A stretch of DNA of 35,733 bases, taken from an uncultured Spartobacteria bacterium (GTDB lineage: Bacteria; Verrucomicrobiota; Verrucomicrobiia; Chthoniobacterales; UBA6821). Position 1 is the stretch's first letter. Each line of letters begins with the position of its first letter. Below are positions 8,583-15,858 of this stretch, in pieces. Location: assembly GCA_903831635.1 (NCBI GenBank), contig CAIKYN010000414.1, positions 1 through 35,733 of the forward strand, read 5' to 3'. Made by a program: the position numbers and the translations under genes. The notes beneath the pieces are model-generated. The model did no database searches and was not told the DNA's origin. It was given only the letters and a program-made list of their open reading frames with translations.

Positions 8583-10112
8583 TTAAGGACGGGCAAAGAC
8601 CATTCCCCAGTTATCTCCCGCCATGGAGGGCTGCATGGGGCGCTTCATGCCGTCGGCGATTTTTTGAAGCAACGATGTTTGCCGTTTGTTCTCATCGAGC
8701 AACGGATCGCCCTGACCCCCGGCGAGTCCTCCACCCCCGATCTTGCGGAGCGAATCGGCAAAGGCATTGGATTTCCCAAATCCCTCAGCCTCTTCATCTC
8801 CGCCGAGGTGTTTGAACTTCTTGGAAGATTCTTCCCGTGCTTTGGCAAGCTGTTCCTTGCTGGCGTCCGTGGCCGTGAAGGCCCCTTTCATCGGATCGAT
8901 CAGCGCACTCTTGAGATACTCCCCGACCTGACCGAGTCCCTCGCCGATCAAGGCATTGGCGTCACCCTTGCCCGCCTGGGCAAGCTGTTCGGCCCCGTTT
9001 CCTTCGGCCTGAGTCTGCTTCAGGATGTCATCGAAGCTGCTGGCCTTGTAGCCCTCCGTCCCGGTGAGTTTATTGAGACCCGGGATCTTGCCCATCCCCT
9101 GCATCACCTGCTCAATCGCCGCCTGAAGACCGGCTTGGAAATAATCCAGCGGAGTCTTGAACATGTGGACGAGCAGCACTCCGAGTCGTTCAATGAGCCC
9201 CGCAACCACCCCGACAAGACCGGAGATCAGCATGGGAAGTTCCCCGATCAGATTCATGATCCCCTGGACAAGTCCTTCAAAGATCTGACGCATCTCCTCA
9301 TCAAAATCGGTGGAAAAGTTCTCAAAGAACGATCCGATCGCTTCACCTATCCCCGAAAGGTCGATGGAATTGCCAAGCTCCAGCAATGGCTCAATCGCCG
9401 CCATGATCGGTCCAGCCATGCCGATGAAAAGACCCGAGAGCTTGCCCCCGATATGCTCCAACTGGTCATGAGCTTCCTTGAACAAATAGGCATTCTCTCC
9501 CATGAGCTTGGCCGTATTGGAGAGATCCCCCATGTTCTTGAAATCGGGATTCTGGAAAACTTGTAGTAGTTCCCCGCCCGATTTTCCAAAAATGGCGATG
9601 TCCCCTTTGATTTTATCGCTCTGATTGCCCATACCTGCCAAGGCCGTCCCTATATCCCTAAACGCTTCCGCCGGAGCTTTATTTGCCTCGGCTTTGGGAT
9701 CGAGATTGAGCTGAGTCAGTACGGGGGAACCCCCCTTGGTGCTAGCCGACTCACTCAAATACTTCTGCATTTTGTTCACCGCAGGGCCGATCTTCTCGGC
9801 TTCGACGCCCGAATCCTTGAAGAGACGACGCATCATCATCAAATTCTCCACGGCAATACCCGTCCGGTTCGACAGATTGACCATCCCATCCCCCAGCTCC
9901 ACGGCCCCGTGGATACCGGCCATGATGCCGCCAATCGTCGTAAGCGCTGCGGTCACTTCGGCAATCGGTGCCAGGAGTGCCTTGAAATCGAGATGATCGC
10001 CGATCTTCCCCGCTTGTTCACTGAAAGCCTTGAGCTCGTTCTTGCTATTGCCGAGCTTGGAATCGAACGACCCTGTAATCAGGTCGAGGTAGAATTGGAC
10101 GCCAGAACTCAT
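8583..10112 (-). CDS. Tail tape measure protein
   Basis: ORF track, 509 aa, A/G/L/M-rich helical. Core ...NLSNRTGIAVENLMMMRRLFKDSGVEAEKIGPAVNKMQKYL... is typical of tape-measure proteins. Lies downstream of the chaperone pair. Confidence 0.85.
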   Translation of the reverse strand: MSSGVQFYLDLITGSFDSKLGNSKNELKAFSEQAGKIGDHLDFKALLAPIAEVTAALTTIGGIMAGIHGAVELGDGMVNLSNRTGIAVENLMMMRRLFKDSGVEAEKIGPAVNKMQKYLSESASTKGGSPVLTQLNLDPKAEANKAPAEAFRDIGTALAGMGNQSDKIKGDIAIFGKSGGELLQVFQNPDFKNMGDLSNTAKLMGENAYLFKEAHDQLEHIGGKLSGLFIGMAGPIMAAIEPLLELGNSIDLSGIGEAIGSFFENFSTDFDEEMRQIFEGLVQGIMNLIGELPMLISGLVGVVAGLIERLGVLLVHMFKTPLDYFQAGLQAAIEQVMQGMGKIPGLNKLTGTEGYKASSFDDILKQTQAEGNGAEQLAQAGKGDANALIGEGLGQVGEYLKSALIDPMKGAFTATDASKEQLAKAREESSKKFKHLGGDEEAEGFGKSNAFADSLRKIGGGGLAGGQGDPLLDENKRQTSLLQKIADGMKRPMQPSMAGDNWGMVFARP

Positions 10113-10116
10113 AAAA

Positions 10117-10833
10117 TTATTTCATCGGGAAGCCGGATGAGGCCATTTGCTTCTCTTCCAGATTCTTTAGGATCTTCACCATGTTCTTGATCTGGTTATT
10201 CACCGCGTAATCGACGCGGCGTTGCATGTCCTTCACATGGCCTGCAAAATTGACCTCGTTGCTGGCACGGAAAGCGATCCCCTTGGCCCCCACGCTCAAA
10301 GTCATGGCGCCCGGGGCGGCGTGCCGCGAGATCCAGGTAGGCACACGGATTTTCCCCAGCGCCTTTGCTGCAGGCAGCCACCCACTGGCAAGGAATCCGA
10401 CCATCTTCTTTTTCTGCTGGCGGTAAGCATTCAGAATGGAGGATTCAATCAAGAATCGTTCGTCTTTTGTTCCCTTGTTCAGTCTTCTCTCCACCCGGCC
10501 GGTCGATGCCTGGCGAAAAGAACGATGAACCGATGCAGGAGATCCAGACGTGGGAGTTCTTCTGCCAGCCGAACGCATGATCTTGGCCAGATCGTTCAGA
10601 ACGGCTTGCTCTCCCCGTTTCTTGGAATCGCTTCCCGTGGTCATCTCGCCCTTGCCATCATTGGCTGCAGCATCCCAACCGCTCGGAGGAGTGACGGAGA
10701 TGACCGATCGCAGGATACCGCGTGCTTGAGTCTTCATCGCCTCCGTCCGTGAGCGCTTGGAATCCCGCATGTAGGTCTCAAAAGCCTTCAGGAACTTGTC
10801 CGTGTTGCGGGGTTGGATCGTTACAAAGGCCAT
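10117..10833 (-). CDS. Hypothetical basic protein inserted between the GT chaperone and the tape measure
   Basis: ORF track, 238 aa. Its ATG overlaps the end of the frameshifted T extension (ATGGCCTTTGTAA). No motif I recognise. Confidence 0.55.
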   Translation of the reverse strand: MAFVTIQPRNTDKFLKAFETYMRDSKRSRTEAMKTQARGILRSVISVTPPSGWDAAANDGKGEMTTGSDSKKRGEQAVLNDLAKIMRSAGRRTPTSGSPASVHRSFRQASTGRVERRLNKGTKDERFLIESSILNAYRQQKKKMVGFLASGWLPAAKALGKIRVPTWISRHAAPGAMTLSVGAKGIAFRASNEVNFAGHVKDMQRRVDYAVNNQIKNMVKILKNLEEKQMASSGFPMK

Positions 10834-11488
10834 GAGATTTCCGGGGTGTCTTCTTCCTCTGAGGAAATGTCAAAATAGGAAGAGAGTGCGTCGAGTTCCT
10901 CCAACTGCGCTTCCTTCGAAGGACTCGGGTCCACCGTCCAAACGTCGTGACTCCGCCAGCAAGCATGCAAATACTGCAGCAAGCGTGCCAAAGGCATCCG
11001 CAGGATCTGGCGTTCCGGCCACCCCGTCTCCTTCGCAATGGTGAAGACCAGCGAGGCCGTGCGGGATGGCTCCCTCAGTTTCCCGGGGCCGTCTCCTTAT
11101 TCCCCGACCCAGGCTTCTCTTGGACATCAACCGTGGCCTCCGTAATGCCTGCCACGATACGTTCTACCACCGAACGAAGGCCCACCAAACCTGTCATGGG
11201 GATCTTGCGGGCAAAGTGACGCACGGCAGTCTGATAGGCCGTAGGATCGTCGCTCTTAAACGGTACAAGATCAGGATCCGTCCCATGGATATACAGGAAC
11301 TCAGTCATCTGCTGGAGTTGCTCCGCCGTCGTGAGCTTGGCCGAGGGGTCGTACAGGAACGTGAGCCCCGCATCGATCACGATCAACTGGGTCTCCAAGG
11401 AGAAAGGGCTGAAAGTGATGCCATTCCAAACAATCGGCGTGTCACGGAATGCCTTGTTCAGCACGGAGGGAGATGATTTTTTGGACAT
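10821..11488 (-). CDS. Tail assembly chaperone -1 frameshift fusion (gpGT-like)
   Basis: After a -1 slip at 11084-11078 the frame stays open for 86 codons (GKLREPSRTASLVFTIAKETGWPERQILRMPLARLLQYLHACWRSHDVWTV...TPEISWPL) to TAA at 10823-10821. This frame has no Met start, so it is not in the ORF track. Confidence 0.7.
11075..11488 (-). CDS. Tail assembly chaperone (gpG-like)
   Basis: ORF track, 137 aa. Lies between the tube-like genes and the tape measure. Ends ...CCG GGA AAC TGA, i.e. slippery G GGA AAC immediately before the stop. Confidence 0.75.
   Translation of the reverse strand: MSKKSSPSVLNKAFRDTPIVWNGITFSPFSLETQLIVIDAGLTFLYDPSAKLTTAEQLQQMTEFLYIHGTDPDLVPFKSDDPTAYQTAVRHFARKIPMTGLVGLRSVVERIVAGITEATVDVQEKPGSGNKETAPGN
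11078..11084 (-). other. Programmed -1 ribosomal frameshift slippery heptamer GGGAAAC
   Basis: X XXY YYZ pattern in the zero frame (G GGA AAC) directly before the G stop codon. The -1 frame is open downstream. Confidence 0.7.
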
Positions 11489-11524
11489 AAAAAAAAGGTT
11501 ATTAGGCTGAAGGCTGTTAGGCTG

Positions 11525-11686
11525 TTAGGTCAGAGGATGCTTTGGAGGTTTGGCATTAGGAGACACAAACTGCCTCTTGTAACCGATGGCATGGACTTCC
11601 CTGAAAGATGCCAACAATTTCTCAGCCGGTGTAAATTGCTTGAAAACAAGTTTCTTCTGCTTTTTTCCTGAGTTCCTGAGTTCCAT
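11525..11686 (-). CDS. Possible small basic protein (53 aa) starting MELRNSGKK
   Basis: Below the ORF-track cutoff. ATG 11686-11684, TAA 11527-11525. Its first 8 codons coincide with the repeated ATATGGAACTCAGGAACTCAGGAA box, so this may be a DNA motif rather than a gene. Confidence 0.25.
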   Translation of the reverse strand: MELRNSGKKQKKLVFKQFTPAEKLLASFREVHAIGYKRQFVSPNAKPPKHPLT

Positions 11687-11695
11687 ATTAATTTC

Positions 11696-12166
11696 TCAAA
11701 AGATCTCCAGCATCTTTTTCCCTTTGTCAGTCGGGACGAGCTTGCCGTCAGGCCCTCGCGTCGTCGCAATGTAGGCGCTGCGACCGCTCTTCTGAATGTG
11801 GAGCTGCGGGGGATTCTCCCTAATGGCGTCACGCAGCTTGCCAATCTTCTCCATGAACGTGCGGAGGTAGGTGATCGGGTGATCGAGGTTCTCGGAAAGC
11901 CACTTACGGTCATTCCACCGGCGAAGCAATTCATTGGTGGAAATCGTTTCCCCCTTGAAATCGGAAAAAATGATTTCCCGATCTTCGGCGACCCAGACAA
12001 CTGTCCTGGTCGGTTTCCCATCGTCGGTACCGATGGCATTCATGTAGCCCCCTTCCTTGACCAGTTCCCCACCACAGGTGAGGAGGGCTGCGATGGCTTG
12101 GGTGTTCGGACTCTTCAAGGGATCCAGATCGTCCTTGAGATAATGGTAAGTACTTCCTGTTTTCAT
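11696..12166 (-). CDS. Hypothetical protein (moron-like position between tube genes and chaperone)
   Basis: ORF track, 156 aa. No recognised motif. The overlapping 169-aa ORF in another frame looks spurious. Confidence 0.55.
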   Translation of the reverse strand: MKTGSTYHYLKDDLDPLKSPNTQAIAALLTCGGELVKEGGYMNAIGTDDGKPTRTVVWVAEDREIIFSDFKGETISTNELLRRWNDRKWLSENLDHPITYLRTFMEKIGKLRDAIRENPPQLHIQKSGRSAYIATTRGPDGKLVPTDKGKKMLEIF

Positions 12167-12201
12167 AAATTCATTCTCAATTGTTACCGATTAGGTCGTG
12201 G

Positions 12202-12531
12202 CTAGGTCGTGGCGTTCGGGAAAATCTTGGCCGTGTATTTGAACGATGAGAAATCGTCGTTTTTGTAAGATTGCTCGACCGAATCCACGATGATCTTCCC
12301 ACTGGTCAAACCCGTGGGGCCGGTGGTCGTGCTGGCAATGGTGACGGGATTGGAATCGCCGTATCCTTCGACACTCAGCTCCCCCGTGGGATCGTAGGTC
12401 GCCATACCACCAAACCCTCCGGTGGAGTTCATGTAGGTCTTGACCTCGAGCTTCTCACTGGCCGTGACCTTGGTCAGGGTCGTGGTCGAAAGAAGATGGA
12501 TACCGATTCCGCCTGTGTAAGTTGCAGCCAT
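12202..12531 (-). CDS. Small tail tube-like protein, paralogue 2
   Basis: ORF track, 109 aa. Shares ...KTY...G...S.E..G......V.SV.Q...NDDF...K...A... with 12568..12882. Occupies the major-tail position upstream of the chaperones. Confidence 0.6.
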   Translation of the reverse strand: MAATYTGGIGIHLLSTTTLTKVTASEKLEVKTYMNSTGGFGGMATYDPTGELSVEGYGDSNPVTIASTTTGPTGLTSGKIIVDSVEQSYKNDDFSSFKYTAKIFPNATT

Positions 12532-12567
12532 GTGAGTAAAAAGTATGGGGATGAAAAAGCCGGGCGA

Positions 12568-12882
12568 TTAGGAGGCGGTGTAAGCGACGGCCTCCACCTT
12601 GGTCTTGGGGAAATCGTCATTGGTCTCGTCCTGACTGACCGAAGTCACCGTCAAGGTTCCAGCCGAGATCGTGGTAGCTCCGGCAAGTCCGAAAGTGGCC
12701 GATCCGACGATCTCCAAAGAGACTTTGCGTTCTTTCATTGGAACCGCATCGGCTGCCACGGTATTGCCCGATTCGTCTCGGTAGGTCTTGATGGTGGCCG
12801 TGGTCGTGTCCGTGTAGCTCTGGACATTGCCCGTGTAATTGGTGGAGATCGGTGGGGTTCCGACGCCGAAAGTTGCGCTCAT
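12568..12882 (-). CDS. Small tail tube-like protein, paralogue 1
   Basis: ORF track, 104 aa, beta-rich. Preceded by structured element A and a CTTTTGACAC-CCCTAGGG motif 14 nt upstream of the ATG. Confidence 0.6.
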   Translation of the reverse strand: MSATFGVGTPPISTNYTGNVQSYTDTTTATIKTYRDESGNTVAADAVPMKERKVSLEIVGSATFGLAGATTISAGTLTVTSVSQDETNDDFPKTKVEAVAYTAS

Positions 12883-13020
12883 ATCCCTAGGGGCCGTGTC
12901 AAAAGATGCCGACGGTGGTCGGCAGCTTAGTCATGCGAGGCAAAAGCCGAGCAGTCCCGAGATCACCAGATCGAGGGATGCCTGATTGGGGACAATCGGC
13001 AGACAAACTTATAATAGCCA
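12883..13020 (-). repeat. Structured intergenic element, copy A (possible cis-regulatory RNA)
   Basis: Homologous to 18961..19100 in the same orientation. Consecutive hairpins on the transcribed strand, with substitutions confined to loops and one stem fully compensated (see findings). Confidence 0.7.
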
Positions 13021-13449
13021 TTACGCCACCACTGGGGTCACTCCGATCTCGATCTCGATGTCGATCACATGACGTTCGTGATCGATCTGCTCCCGGACGG
13101 TCATGCCTGCAAGGCCCGCATAGCTCCAAGAGCTCTGGGATGTGTTAAACGCTTCGGCCAACGGGGAAGATGGCCCCTGACCATACTGGTCGAACAAGAC
13201 GGCAATCTGGGTCGCCCGGGTGCGGTGCAGTGCCAGATTGGCACCGGCTGCAGGGGTCGTGAGGCGAAGCGGGCAGGTGGATTTCCAAAGGCCAAGAGCC
13301 GAGCGCTGGGCACTGGTCGCCTCCACGATCAACAGGGGCTGGCTGTTGGGAATCTGTTCGGAACTTGTCCCTGGATGAATTGCCAGTCCCGAAAGGAAGC
13401 TCTGGGAAGAGAGGATCCCGATCAAGCCGAGTTCGATATCTGCGGTCAT
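13021..13449 (-). CDS. Head-tail connector / tail completion protein (by position)
   Basis: ORF track, 142 aa. Last gene of the connector block before the tube-like genes. Confidence 0.5.
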   Translation of the reverse strand: MTADIELGLIGILSSQSFLSGLAIHPGTSSEQIPNSQPLLIVEATSAQRSALGLWKSTCPLRLTTPAAGANLALHRTRATQIAVLFDQYGQGPSSPLAEAFNTSQSSWSYAGLAGMTVREQIDHERHVIDIEIEIGVTPVVA

Positions 13450-13459
13450 GGTGTCTTTA

Positions 13460-13786
13460 TCATGGAGTTTTCAGGGTGACGCGGGTTTCCGTTGCGCGTG
13501 CCGGATCACCACTCGGAGGGATGATGTCGAGGATCTGGTAAGTCTCGCCCGTCGATTGCAGTGTCACGGACTCCCCAAGCGTGGGGGCCGGGGTGATCAC
13601 CCGAAGGAAACGGCACTCAAAGCTGGCATCGCTCCGGTAGCCTCCGAGCTGCAGGTCGAGCTTCGGATCGGGAGTCGAGAGCACTGCTCGCTCGGTCATG
13701 CCACGGTACGTGACAGAACTCGCCAAAGCATCACGGCTGCGGGTGGCACGCGACGCCATGCGGGCGATGCTGTCGGAAAGCGCCAT
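13460..13786 (-). CDS. Head-tail joining protein (by position)
   Basis: ORF track, 108 aa. Size and position are typical of head closure/adaptor proteins. Confidence 0.5.
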   Translation of the reverse strand: MALSDSIARMASRATRSRDALASSVTYRGMTERAVLSTPDPKLDLQLGGYRSDASFECRFLRVITPAPTLGESVTLQSTGETYQILDIIPPSGDPARATETRVTLKTP

Positions 13787-13791
13787 TTTCC

Positions 13792-13974
13792 CTAGCCTCC
13801 CTTGACCTTGGAAATAACCTTTTCCACTTTCTCCACAAAACTCTCCACGGCGCTCTCCACTTTGTGCTCCGTGGTTTTCAGATGGTCGTCGAGGATGGCG
13901 ATTTCGGCGCGCAAATTGGCAGGAATCGTCGAAAGGAGGGGGCGGATCTTTGCCCAGGCGTCGGTAGCATTCAT
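13792..13974 (-). CDS. Small helical hypothetical protein (60 aa)
   Basis: ORF-track frame 13792..14166, with the start moved to ATG 13974 (MNATDAWAKIRPLL...) to avoid overlapping 13982..14230. Confidence 0.4.
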   Translation of the reverse strand: MNATDAWAKIRPLLSTIPANLRAEIAILDDHLKTTEHKVESAVESFVEKVEKVISKVKGG

Positions 13975-13981
13975 AAAATAA

Positions 13982-14230
13982 TCAGGCAGAAACGGGTTCG
14001 GATTTGGGTTTTTTGGCGGCTGGCTTGGGAGCTTCTGGAATAAGTCTCTTGCGGCGGATGACTCCCCCGGAGGAATCCCACAGGGAAATGATTCCGAACT
14101 CGGCGTCTGAGTTCTTGGCATGAAAAGTCTCGCGCAGCGCGGCGTAGTCACTGGTAGGCCCGGCAAGAATGCTGTGCCGTGGTTTGCGGGGGTCGCTTTC
14201 TTCGGAAAGCGTGAGGATGAAGGTTCTCAT
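13982..14230 (-). CDS. Hypothetical protein with a Lys/Pro-rich tail
   Basis: ORF track, 82 aa. First gene after the post-capsid terminator. Confidence 0.45.
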   Translation of the reverse strand: MRTFILTLSEESDPRKPRHSILAGPTSDYAALRETFHAKNSDAEFGIISLWDSSGGVIRRKRLIPEAPKPAAKKPKSEPVSA

Positions 14231-14302
14231 CGGTGATGTCGTTGGGTGGGGATCGTTTGCGGATCTTTGGGGATCGTTGGTTTTTTGGTTGGATCTCTTC
14301 AG

Positions 14303-14339
14303 CCCAAAACCCCTCCCCCGGAAATTTCCAGAGGAGGGG
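14303..14339 (-). terminator. Rho-independent terminator/attenuator downstream of the major capsid gene
   Basis: Minus-strand RNA CCCCUCCUCUGGAAAUUUCCGGGGGAGGGG (14339-14310) forms a ~13-bp GC-rich stem using two G-U wobbles, followed by UUUU (14309-14306). On the plus strand the wobbles become C-A mismatches, so the signal is strand specific. Confidence 0.8.
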
Positions 14340-14361
14340 CGGAGCAGGAGAGGTAAATCTC

Positions 14362-15258
14362 TTAGGCGGAGACGATGCGCTTGAGAGCGGCACCCTCGCC
14401 CTTGCCGTAGCCGTAGTTGGCCTCGATCACCATCTGGACGGTGTCCGAGCCGGGGATCGGGTACTCGCGGTACTCGAGGGTGAGTCCGTTGTCATCCGTT
14501 GCGGTGACGTAACGGGTGATGCGGTCGTCCGCAGGAGCGATCGGGGCGAAGGCCACAAGCGCGGCGTCGGGCAACGTGGCGAAACCGACAAGGTTCTCGC
14601 TGTTGGCAGGGATGTTCGGGGTGACGAACACGTCCAGACCGGCGATGTGGGTAAGAGCACCCTTGAGCTTGACGTCCGCACCGGCCTGACCCATGGCGTT
14701 CCAGTTCGCAATGGAACTGTCCTTGAGAAGAGCACCATGGTAGGTGCTGGAAAGCACGAGAGAACGGTTGGCGACGGGCCAGTAGCTCTGGTTGATGGAG
14801 GTGACGATGTCCGCGATGTCCGTGAAATCGAAAGCGGTCGGAGCTCCGGTGGAAACGGCGCTGCCATAGTTGGCGGCGGTCACGACACTCAGGATGTCGA
14901 TCACGACGTCATGGGCGAGAGCTTCGGCCTGACGATCCATGAGCTTCTCCACCGAGAGGTGGGGCTGGCGGGCAAGCTCGTAGCCGGTGATATTGAGCGC
15001 CTGATATTTGCGCTTGTTGATGACGACCGGACGGCTCTGGACAGTACCGGCATCGGCGCTGTATGAACCATTGAAGTCGCTGGAAGCGGTACCCTGAAGG
15101 GGATAGTAGGGAACGGTGATCGTGTCATTACCCTGGAGAGGGATGCCACGGTAAACTGTCGAGAAAGCGTTAATCGGGGCCAGAGTACGCTTGAACGCCA
15201 GAAGGGCGTTTTCAAGGATAGCCTGTACCTGAAGATCGCTGGCGATGGAGTTGGCCAT
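14362..15258 (-). CDS. Major capsid protein
   Basis: ORF track, 298 aa. Follows the portal-protease-scaffold order and is followed by a strong terminator. No exact family assigned by eye. Confidence 0.75.
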   Translation of the reverse strand: MANSIASDLQVQAILENALLAFKRTLAPINAFSTVYRGIPLQGNDTITVPYYPLQGTASSDFNGSYSADAGTVQSRPVVINKRKYQALNITGYELARQPHLSVEKLMDRQAEALAHDVVIDILSVVTAANYGSAVSTGAPTAFDFTDIADIVTSINQSYWPVANRSLVLSSTYHGALLKDSSIANWNAMGQAGADVKLKGALTHIAGLDVFVTPNIPANSENLVGFATLPDAALVAFAPIAPADDRITRYVTATDDNGLTLEYREYPIPGSDTVQMVIEANYGYGKGEGAALKRIVSA

Positions 15259-15309
15259 GATAGTGAGGAATTATGGGTTAGGTTGGGGTTGGTGGGATTG
15301 CTCCCGGGG

Positions 15310-15813
15310 TTATTTCTTGGAACGCTCGGCGTCGTACTTCTGGAGCACGGCCTTGTGTTCGCGGAAAAAGTTGGTCTTGGCGGAACCCTTCAAGGAGTTC
15401 CACTGGTCGTAGATGGAGGCGGGGTCGTTCGTGGCGGCATCGGCTTCGATCGGAAGAGCACTGGCCTCGAACCCAAGGGCCGCGACCTGATCCACGGTGG
15501 CCGCTGCGACCTCCTCATCGATCTGGCGCTCAGCTTGCTCAAGGGTCTCCTTGACCTCGGTGAGCTTGGCGATCTCCTCGGCATGAAGAACTTTGGCGCT
15601 CTCCAGGGCGGAGGCGTGATCGGCGGCAAGCTGCTCGAGCTCACTCACCCTCAGGGCGTGGCCTTCGGCGGCAAGCTCGAACTCGGCGATCACGGCGTTC
15701 TTGGCCTCAAGGAGTGCGATGGACTCGGAGAGGGAATTCTGAGCGGCGGCCAGATTGCCCAAGAGGGTCTCCTTTTCGGCAAGGGCGGCTTTGAGTTGAG
15801 AAAAGATATTCAT
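15310..15813 (-). CDS. Scaffolding protein
   Basis: ORF track, 167 aa. A/E/L-rich coiled-coil composition. Lies between the protease and the capsid gene. Confidence 0.65.
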   Translation of the reverse strand: MNIFSQLKAALAEKETLLGNLAAAQNSLSESIALLEAKNAVIAEFELAAEGHALRVSELEQLAADHASALESAKVLHAEEIAKLTEVKETLEQAERQIDEEVAAATVDQVAALGFEASALPIEADAATNDPASIYDQWNSLKGSAKTNFFREHKAVLQKYDAERSKK

Positions 15814-15858
15814 GTGGTTTCCACTAGGTGCGGTGTCAAAGTTCGGTGAATCGACGGC

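Noticed and set aside
12192-12213. Tandem 11-bp duplication TAGGTCGTGGC x2 spanning the stop codon of the second tube-like gene.
   Set aside because: The duplication is real. Read-through of the TAG would add only five residues before the next stop, and I see no slippery or recoding context. It is probably a neutral duplication.
12897-12902. The TTGACA boxes read as ordinary sigma-70 -35 elements.
   Set aside because: They sit only 13-20 nt from the start codon. A -10 placed 17 bp downstream would fall on or after the ATG, and no TATAAT-like hexamer is present there.
12975-13010. Hammerhead-like CUGAU... on the plus-strand reading of the structured element.
   Set aside because: The conserved CUGAUGA and GAAA core elements are absent (CUGAUUG in copy A and CUGAUCC in copy B), and the varying bases fall exactly there. 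No other self-cleaving ribozyme core was recognised.
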